Shown: piece after piece, positions 8,210 through 13,733 of the stretch
Numbering within the stretch: the first letter of the stretch is position 1
How the letters are laid out: every line of letters begins with the position of its first letter
From: Promethearchaeota archaeon
Lineage (GTDB): Archaea; Asgardarchaeota; Lokiarchaeia; Sigyniarchaeales; SOKP01
NCBI GenBank assembly: GCA_016926735.1
Contig: JAFGOA010000114.1
Coordinates: 1-23,831, forward strand
Direction: 5' to 3'
Length of the DNA stretch: 23,831 nt
Position numbers and translations under genes: made by a program
The notes under the pieces: generated by a model
The model's database searches: none
Told to the model about the DNA's origin: nothing
Seen by the model: the letters and a program-made list of their open reading frames with translations, nothing else

Positions 8210-8311
8210 TGGAGTTGATAGGACTCGAACCTATGCCCTCTCGAATTTCAATTTCGACCATCTCATATAAGAATGATTGTCGAAGGTCCTTCCCCATTAG
8301 ACGACAACTCC
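8210..8311 (-). tRNA. trnF: tRNA-Phe(GAA) with a 28-nt intron at position 32/33 (intron 8251-8278)
   Basis: Acceptor GGAGTTG/CAACTCC-A. BHB-type motif TTCG-ACA-ATCAT…ATGGT-CGAA-ATT. Splicing gives TTCGA-CT GAA AT-TCGAG. T arm ATAGG-TTCGAGT-CCTAT. Confidence 0.88.
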
Positions 8312-8321
8312 TTGATTTAAA

Positions 8322-8393
8322 CGCTCCTAGTATGATTCGAACATACGCCACACTGGGTAACAACCAGGAACACTACCACTATGCTATAGGAGC
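8322..8393 (-). tRNA. trnN: tRNA-Asn(GUU)
   Basis: Acceptor GCTCCTA/TAGGAGC-G; anticodon arm (C)CTGG-TT GTT AC-CCAG(T); T arm GTATG-TTCGAAT-CATAC. Confidence 0.9.
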
Positions 8394-8511
8394 ATAATTT
8401 TATATCTAATTCTATGATATGAAAGTAATTTTTCGAAGAATTATATAGTAAAGGGATAAGAAGTCAAATCATAAGGTAAATCGTTGTTTCTGAAGGAATT
8501 TATGGATATAA

Positions 8512-8589
8512 TTATCGTTTAAATCGATGCATTTTAATAATATTTACAAAATGCCAATTCATCCTTATCATAAATATACGATTGACCAT
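8512..8589 (-). CDS. Putative leader peptide of tRNA array 1 (MVNRIFMIRMNWHFVNIIKMHRFKR)
   Basis: ATG at 8589, 30 nt after TTTAAATA (8619-8612, - strand), stop TAA at 8514-8512. 23 of 25 residues are amino acids with a tRNA in the downstream array, and all eight are present. Confidence 0.65.
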   Translation of the reverse strand: MVNRIFMIRMNWHFVNIIKMHRFKR

Positions 8590-8611
8590 AATATTATCAA
8601 TGCATGTTATA

Positions 8612-8619
8612 TATTTAAA
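8612..8619 (-). promoter_or_regulatory. Candidate TATA box of the leader + tRNA array 1 transcript
   Basis: TTTAAATA on the - strand with an A-rich upstream stretch (GCAAAATA), at leaderless-mRNA spacing from ATG 8589. Confidence 0.55.
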
Positions 8620-8645
8620 TATTTTGCTAGAATATATTCTTATCA

Positions 8646-8691
8646 TTAAAATGGGAAAAGAATGGGCAAGATTGGAAGGAGAATTTAAATA
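8646..8691 (+). promoter_or_regulatory. Repeated upstream motif TTAAAATGGGAAAAGAATGGGCAA plus TATA (TTTAAATA, 8684), copy 1
   Basis: 22/24 identical to 12046-12069, with the same +33 offset from the first ATGGG to a TATA box. Confidence 0.6.
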
Positions 8692-8811
8692 TCTTAGATT
8701 CTTTTCTTAATAACAATAATATAAAATTTAAGAATGATCTTAAGTTACATAGGCGTATAAGTGAGATCTATTATATTATGATATAATTCAAAAATTTATA
8801 AAAAAAGTGTA

Positions 8812-11800
8812 ATGAATGAAAAAAAGATAAATGAATATATTACCCTACGATTAGAAAATAGAGATACAAATATTTACATCAATGAAGAGCTTTTTATTCA
8901 ATGTAAATATCTTCTTTTAAATATTTCCCTTGAAGATGTGCATGAATATGAGGAAATTGGTTCTATTGATGAAGCTGTTGAGAGACTAAATCATGATTTG
9001 GAATTTGGTAATAAATATTCAATAAAACCTGAAACTGAATTTTGGGCTCATTGCTCTAATTTGCAAGTATGGGTAGAACATGATTATGATACTCGAATTC
9101 TACATAGTAACTTATCATTTCCATTACTAAGAAAATTAAGTGAAATTGGAGATCCAAAAGCTAATAGGATATTTAAAGATGAAATAATAAGTAGACTTGA
9201 GAGTAAATATATCCCTGTTATCAGATATCTTATTATTCAAGGATATATGGAGTATTTTACAAAAGAGGAGTTAGATATTATTTATGAAAATCTAGGATTA
9301 GACTATGTAACTGTTCATAATGAAAAAATACCCATTTTGGAGAATGAATTAGATTTATATGGAAAAGAAATAGAAAATATCAATGAAATCATTGGTCTTA
9401 AAAATATTAAAATTTTAAAACTTTCTATTCATGATAATCATATTTCAAGCATAGAAGGACTAGAACATCTAACAAATTTAGAAAGTCTAGATCTAGGGGC
9501 AAATAACATTACTGAGATAAAAAATCTTGATTCTCTAATTAATTTGAAACAATTATTTTTAGACTATAATAATATCGATGAAATTAAAGGATTAGATAAA
9601 TGTAAGGAACTTAAAATGTTAAGAATCTCTGGAAACAAAATTAAAGAAATTAATGGATTGATTGAACTTCATAATCTTAATACTTTAGACCTTCGAGTAA
9701 ATAATATAACATCCACTAAAGGAATAGAAAATCTAAAATTTTTAAAAGACTTAGATCTTTCAAGCAATAAAATTAGTGAATTAGAAGGAATAGCGAAACT
9801 TGAACATCTTGAATCCTTAGATCTTGGAAGCAATCTTATAAGAGAAGTTAAAAATTTGAAAGATCTAAATAAATTAAAACAATTAAATCTAAATAATAAT
9901 AAAATAAGAGATATAAGTTACATAGGGAAGTTGAGTAATCTTGAAAAATTGGATCTTTATAATAATCAAATTATTAAAATCAAGGGTTTGGAGAATTTAA
10001 AAAACTTAAAAATTTTAGAATTATCAAATAATAATATTAAAGAAATACAAAATCTAGATCATTTTACACATTTAGAAATACTTCGACTTACACATAATTC
10101 CATTTCAGAAATTAAGAACTTATCCTTTCTAACCAATCTAAAAGAACTTTATCTCTCTGATAATAAAATTGATGAAATTAAAGAATTAAACAATCTAAAA
10201 AAACTAAATACACTTGCTTTAGAATATAATATAATCACTGAAATTAAAGAAGTATCTCATCTTATAAACTTAGAGCGTTTATACCTTGCTTATAATAGAA
10301 TTAATAACATAAAGGAATTAGATAACTTTTCAAAACTAGAAACTCTTCTTTTAGGTTATAATAAAATAAATAAAATTGATGGCCTCTCTAAACTAACTAA
10401 TCTTACAACATTGAATCTTATTGGTAATGAGATAAAAAGAATTGAAAATCTAGATACATTGAATAAATTAATTAATTTAAACTTAGACTTTAATAAAATT
10501 CAAATTATTGAAGGATTAGATAAATTAATAAATCTCATTTATTTACACTTAAATCATAATCAAATAAAAGAAATTCAAGAATTAGATACCTTAGCAGAAT
10601 TAAATAGTCTTTATCTTAATAATAATTGTATTTCAGAAATTAAAGGATTAGAAAATCTTTCAAAATTACTATATTTATCCCTCACTAATAATAAAATATC
10701 TAAAATTCAAGGTTTAGATAATCTTAAACAATTAACTAATTTATATCTTGATAATAATCAAATTATGAAATTAGAAAACTTGAATAATTTAATAAATGTG
10801 ACTTCTTTAAGTTTTTCATCAAATTTTATTGAAGAAATCAATAGTTTGGATAAACTTAAAAAAATTAGTTATCTTAATTTTCAAAATAACAAAATTAAAC
10901 ATATTAAAGGGTTAAATAAACTAAAATTTCTAAGTTCAGTTACATTAACAGATAATCATATTTCAAATGTCCAAGGATTAGAGAATTTAGAAAATTTAAT
11001 AAGTCTATATTTGGGTAAAAATAACATTAAAATGATTAATGGTCTAGATGAATTAAAAAAATTAGAGAAATTAGATCTTTCATACAATAAAATTAAAGAA
11101 ATAAAAGGTATTCAAAATTTATTAGAACTACATTATTTATATTTATCTTCAAATCAAATAACTGAAATTAAAAATTTAGCCCTCTTAAAAAAATTAGATA
11201 CTTTAGATCTTTCAAATAATAAAATTACTAAAATACAAAATTTAGAGCATCTAATTAATCTAAATTATCTTTTCCTTTCCAAAAATATTATATCTAAAAT
11301 TCAAAATTTAGATTCATTAACTAAATTGAGAGAATTATATCTTAGTTCAAATAGGATAAAAAAGATAGAAAATATAGAAAAGTTATCAAATTTATTTTAT
11401 CTAATTCTCAATAATAATAAAATTACCGAAATTGAGAATTTAAAATCTTCTAAAGAACTAATAAAATTAAATTTATCACATAATCAGATTTCAAAATTAA
11501 CTAATCCTCAAAATCTTTTAAATTTAATTGAGCTTGACCTTTCAAATAATAAAATTAGTGAATTTAATGATATAGGTTGTTTAAATCTTACAACATTAAA
11601 TCTCGAAAATAATTTAATCAAAGAGATCAAAAACCTTGATAATTTAAATTATTTAGAAATTTTAAATCTTTCTGAAAACCAAATTAGTGAAATAATGAAT
11701 TTGGATCTATTAATAGATTTAACAACACTTAATATTTCTAAAAATCAAATTATTGAAATAAAAGGATTAGAAAAATTGACGCAACTTCAGTATTTAAAGA

Positions 11801-11907
11801 TATATGGGAATCAAATCTCATATAGACTTATAGAACAATTAGGTGGTTATAATGATGATGATAATGCAGCCATAATTGAAAATTTTATTGATTATTGTTC
11901 TGGATGA
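8812..11907 (+). CDS. Large leucine-rich-repeat protein (SDS22/internalin-like) with Lokiarchaeia-type N-terminal domain
   Basis: N-terminal PETEFWAHCSNLQVWVEHDYDTRILHSNLSFPLL domain, then roughly 37 22-aa repeats of the form LxxLxLxxNxIxxIxxL. Confidence 0.9.
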   Translation: MNEKKINEYITLRLENRDTNIYINEELFIQCKYLLLNISLEDVHEYEEIGSIDEAVERLNHDLEFGNKYSIKPETEFWAHCSNLQVWVEHDYDTRILHSNLSFPLLRKLSEIGDPKANRIFKDEIISRLESKYIPVIRYLIIQGYMEYFTKEELDIIYENLGLDYVTVHNEKIPILENELDLYGKEIENINEIIGLKNIKILKLSIHDNHISSIEGLEHLTNLESLDLGANNITEIKNLDSLINLKQLFLDYNNIDEIKGLDKCKELKMLRISGNKIKEINGLIELHNLNTLDLRVNNITSTKGIENLKFLKDLDLSSNKISELEGIAKLEHLESLDLGSNLIREVKNLKDLNKLKQLNLNNNKIRDISYIGKLSNLEKLDLYNNQIIKIKGLENLKNLKILELSNNNIKEIQNLDHFTHLEILRLTHNSISEIKNLSFLTNLKELYLSDNKIDEIKELNNLKKLNTLALEYNIITEIKEVSHLINLERLYLAYNRINNIKELDNFSKLETLLLGYNKINKIDGLSKLTNLTTLNLIGNEIKRIENLDTLNKLINLNLDFNKIQIIEGLDKLINLIYLHLNHNQIKEIQELDTLAELNSLYLNNNCISEIKGLENLSKLLYLSLTNNKISKIQGLDNLKQLTNLYLDNNQIMKLENLNNLINVTSLSFSSNFIEEINSLDKLKKISYLNFQNNKIKHIKGLNKLKFLSSVTLTDNHISNVQGLENLENLISLYLGKNNIKMINGLDELKKLEKLDLSYNKIKEIKGIQNLLELHYLYLSSNQITEIKNLALLKKLDTLDLSNNKITKIQNLEHLINLNYLFLSKNIISKIQNLDSLTKLRELYLSSNRIKKIENIEKLSNLFYLILNNNKITEIENLKSSKELIKLNLSHNQISKLTNPQNLLNLIELDLSNNKISEFNDIGCLNLTTLNLENNLIKEIKNLDNLNYLEILNLSENQISEIMNLDLLIDLTTLNISKNQIIEIKGLEKLTQLQYLKIYGNQISYRLIEQLGGYNDDDNAAIIENFIDYCSG

Positions 11908-12045
11908 TTGTTTTACATCTATCTCTAAAAAAGGCTACTTTTTATTTTAATAAATTTTTTATTTTTCAATTTTAAATAGATATCAAATTAAAAAGGTATC
12001 TAAATATATTTTTCTTAACTTTAATACTCATTTAAATTAAAAAGC

Positions 12046-12091
12046 TTAATATGGGAAAAGAATGGGTAATTTTGAGCGAAATCTTTATATA
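12046..12091 (+). promoter_or_regulatory. Repeated upstream motif TTAATATGGGAAAAGAATGGGTAA plus BRE/TATA (GCGAAATC-TTTATATA, 12084), copy 2; promoter of tRNA array 2
   Basis: Strong TATA with a purine-rich BRE-like stretch, motif shared with 8646-8669, and ATG 33 nt after the TATA start. Confidence 0.65.
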
Positions 12092-12116
12092 TATATGGTA
12101 TAATATAAATTATAAC

Positions 12117-12218
12117 ATGAGACGAGTATATTATGTGGGAACTTTTACCCCACAACCAAATACAGAAGCGGACCCTACAGATCAGGGTGCCCAATATAGC
12201 GAATGCTATAGATATTAA
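12117..12218 (+). CDS. Putative leader peptide of tRNA array 2 (MRRVYYVGTFTPQPNTEADPTDQGAQYSECYRY)
   Basis: ATG 12117 to TAA 12216-12218. 24 of 33 residues (24 of 29 after codon 4) are A/Q/Y/D/G/T/C/E/P. It has no Leu, Ile or Lys despite the AT-rich genome. Confidence 0.65.
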   Translation: MRRVYYVGTFTPQPNTEADPTDQGAQYSECYRY

Positions 12219-12330
12219 AGTATTTGAATTCTTGTCTGTCGCTTTCTTCAATCTCTTTAACTTTAAATTCTACTTGCTTCATATAATAAATCAAAATTCT
12301 CAGATGAGTAGATTCAATAACTTTATAAAA

Positions 12331-12401
12331 AGGTGAGTAGTGTAATAGTAGCATTGGAGTCTGTGAAGCTTCAGGTGGTGGTTCAAATCCTCCCTCACCT
12401 T
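12331..12401 (+). tRNA. trnH: tRNA-His(GUG), atypical (no G-1/C73)
   Basis: Acceptor AGGTGAG/CTCACCT-T; anticodon arm GGAGT-CT GTG AA-GCTTC; T arm GGTGG-TTCAAAT-CCTCC with a T·T mismatch; D loop lacks GG. Confidence 0.78.
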
Positions 12402-12480
12402 CTATAATGAGTATCAAATAAGAAAAATCAAGAGAAAGCACTATAAGGACGGTTTGAAAAAAGCTTACGTTAATATAAAT

Positions 12481-12553
12481 GGGGCTGTAGTTTAATTGGA
12501 AAAATTAACAGTTTTGCAAATTGTTGCTGTGGGTTCAAATCCTACCAGCTCCA
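12481..12553 (+). tRNA. trnA: tRNA-Ala(UGC)
   Basis: Acceptor GGGGCTG/CAGCTCC-A with the G3·U70 Ala determinant; anticodon arm ACAGT-TT TGC AA-ATTGT. Confidence 0.9.
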
Positions 12554-12563
12554 CTAAAATCAT

Positions 12564-12637
12564 ACCCCCGTCGTCCAGTGGACAAGGACGCCTGACCTTG
12601 GATCAGAAAACGCAGGTTCGAATCCTGCCGTGGGGTA
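12564..12637 (+). tRNA. trnQ: tRNA-Gln(UUG), with C33 and a 1-nt acceptor-stem bulge
   Basis: Acceptor ACCCCCG/CG(T)GGGGT-A; D arm GTCC…GGAC; anticodon arm (C)CTGA-CC TTG GA-TCAG(A); T arm GCAGG-TTCGAAT-CCTGC. Confidence 0.82.
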
Positions 12638-12661
12638 TCCTTTAAATAAATGATATAAAAT

Positions 12662-12733
12662 CGGACCGTAGCGTAATGGTATCGCAACAGACCGTAGATC
12701 TGGAGATTGCTGGTTCAAATCTGGCCGGTCCGA
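12662..12733 (+). tRNA. trnY: tRNA-Tyr(GUA), with C33, intron-less
   Basis: Acceptor CGGACCG/CGGTCCG-A (archaeal/eukaryotic C1:G72, A73); anticodon arm (A)CAGA-CC GTA GA-TCTG(G); short variable arm. Confidence 0.88.
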
Positions 12734-12742
12734 TTAATAATT

Positions 12743-12813
12743 GGGGCTCTGGTGTAGCGGTAGCAAAGAGGGCTGTCGCCTCTCTGGTGGGGGTTCAATT
12801 CCCCCGTGTCCCG
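12743..12813 (+). tRNA. trnD: tRNA-Asp(GUC)
   Basis: Acceptor GGGGCTC/GTGTCCC-G; anticodon arm GAGGG-CT GTC GC-CTCTC; T arm GGGGG-TTCAATT-CCCCC. Confidence 0.87.
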
Positions 12814-12835
12814 TTGATTGGAAAAGTAATATAAA

Positions 12836-12911
12836 GCGAGATTACTGTAGTTAGGTTAAGCAGCATCGCCTTCCAAGTGAATGAGGGAGGGTTCAAATCC
12901 CTCATCTCGCA
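12836..12911 (+). tRNA. trnG: tRNA-Gly(UCC)
   Basis: Acceptor GCGAGAT/ATCTCGC-A; anticodon arm (A)TCGC-CT TCC AA-GTGA(A); T arm GAGGG-TTCAAAT-CCCTC. Confidence 0.88.
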
Positions 12912-12919
12912 TTAAAAAA

Positions 12920-12994
12920 GCCCCCATAGCATAGTTAGGATAATGCAGCTTCCTTGTAAGTAGCAGATCGTGGGTTCGAATCCCATTAGGGGCT
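12920..12994 (+). tRNA. trnT: tRNA-Thr(UGU)
   Basis: Acceptor GCCCCCA/TAGGGGC-T; anticodon arm GCTTC-CT TGT AA-GTAGC; T arm GTGGG-TTCGAAT-CCCAT. Confidence 0.88.
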
Positions 12995-13047
12995 TTATTT
13001 TGGAAATAAAGACGAGATATATATTATAAAAATAAACAAATAAAAAT

Positions 13048-13120
13048 GCACGTGTGGCTGAGAGGATTAAGCAGGAAAATGCAAATTTCTGAAACACAGG
13101 TTCAAATCCTGTCGCGTGCT
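13048..13120 (+). tRNA. trnC: tRNA-Cys(GCA)
   Basis: Acceptor GCACGTG/CGCGTGC with U73 (Cys determinant); anticodon arm GGAAA-AT GCA AA-TTTCT; T arm ACAGG-TTCAAAT-CCTGT. Confidence 0.9.
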
Positions 13121-13151
13121 TTAAAAAAAATAAAAAAAGAGTGAATAAAAA

Positions 13152-13361
13152 TTGATAGATTTGTGTTTACAAAAAGACATTTTGATTGTAAAAATAAAAA
13201 AAAAGGCTTCAAAATTAGGAAAATTATATTTAGACATAATGATGGAAGGAGAATCTAATGATTCTAAAGGAAAATCTATTCATTTAGCAATATTTAAGCA
13301 GGATAATGATGTGTTTCTAGAATCAAATATGCTAACTATGATTATAAATGAGAATATTTAA
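13152..13361 (+). CDS. Small hypothetical protein inside tRNA array 2
   Basis: 69-codon frame (TTG start, GAGTGA upstream) that fills most of the Cys-Glu spacer in the array's orientation. No recognisable motif. Confidence 0.4.
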   Translation: MIDLCLQKDILIVKIKKKASKLGKLYLDIMMEGESNDSKGKSIHLAIFKQDNDVFLESNMLTMIINENI

Positions 13362-13371
13362 TTTTTTTTTT

Positions 13372-13446
13372 GCTCCTGTCTTTCTAATTGGTTAAGGATG
13401 TTCGACTTTCAATTGAACGATGTGGGTTCAAATCCCGCCAGGAGCT
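13372..13446 (+). tRNA. trnE: tRNA-Glu(UUC)
   Basis: Acceptor GCTCCTG/CAGGAGC; anticodon arm TTCGA-CT TTC AA-TTGAA; T arm GTGGG-TTCAAAT-CCCGC. Confidence 0.88.
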
Positions 13447-13532
13447 TTATCACTTTATGTAATAAATATTATTTACACATACAGTTTTGGATTATTAAAC
13501 AGGAAATGAATTATTATTAAAGATAGCAATGA

Positions 13533-13605
13533 GGGAGTGTAATGTAGTGGTTAGCATCCAAGCTTTGGAAGTTTGTTATCGAAGGTTCAAATCCTTCCAC
13601 TCCTA
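13533..13605 (+). tRNA. trnP: tRNA-Pro(UGG)
   Basis: Acceptor GGGAGTG/CACTCCT-A; anticodon arm CAAGC-TT TGG AA-GTTTG; T arm GAAGG-TTCAAAT-CCTTC. Confidence 0.88.
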
Positions 13606-13733
13606 TTAATTAAAATATTCAAGATTCTCAATTTTCAAACAAAAAAATTATAAACTAAAGATGCAATTAATGATTATTAATTTATACTTCTATCCAAAAT
13701 ATTAATTAGAATAATACTAAAAAATGATTTAAA

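Noticed and set aside
8209-8397. 62-aa + strand ORF
   Set aside because: It is the reverse complement of tRNA-Phe and tRNA-Asn.
8597-8605. Mini-ORF ATG CAT TGA (Met-His-stop) on the - strand
   Set aside because: Only a few nt after the candidate TATA box, so probably upstream of the transcription start; too short to support.
12021-13097. ORFs 12021..12251 (-), 12133..12336 (+), 12175..12441 (-) and 12912..13097 (-)
   Set aside because: They overlap the promoter, leader or tRNA genes; GFEP-type peptides are translated T arms. 12133..12336 is a competing frame, but it starts at the second ATG and runs into tRNA-His.
7086-13605. Provirus or integrative element as the carrier of the tRNA arrays
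   Set aside because: No integrase, transposase, capsid or replication gene and no duplicated tRNA 3' end (att site) is visible; the flanks are typical chromosomal genes.
7086-13605. Suppressor, selenocysteine or pyrrolysine tRNA; CRISPR array
   Set aside because: No CUA, UUA or UCA anticodon and no long variable arm found. The recurring GGTTCAAATCC words are T arms, not CRISPR repeats.
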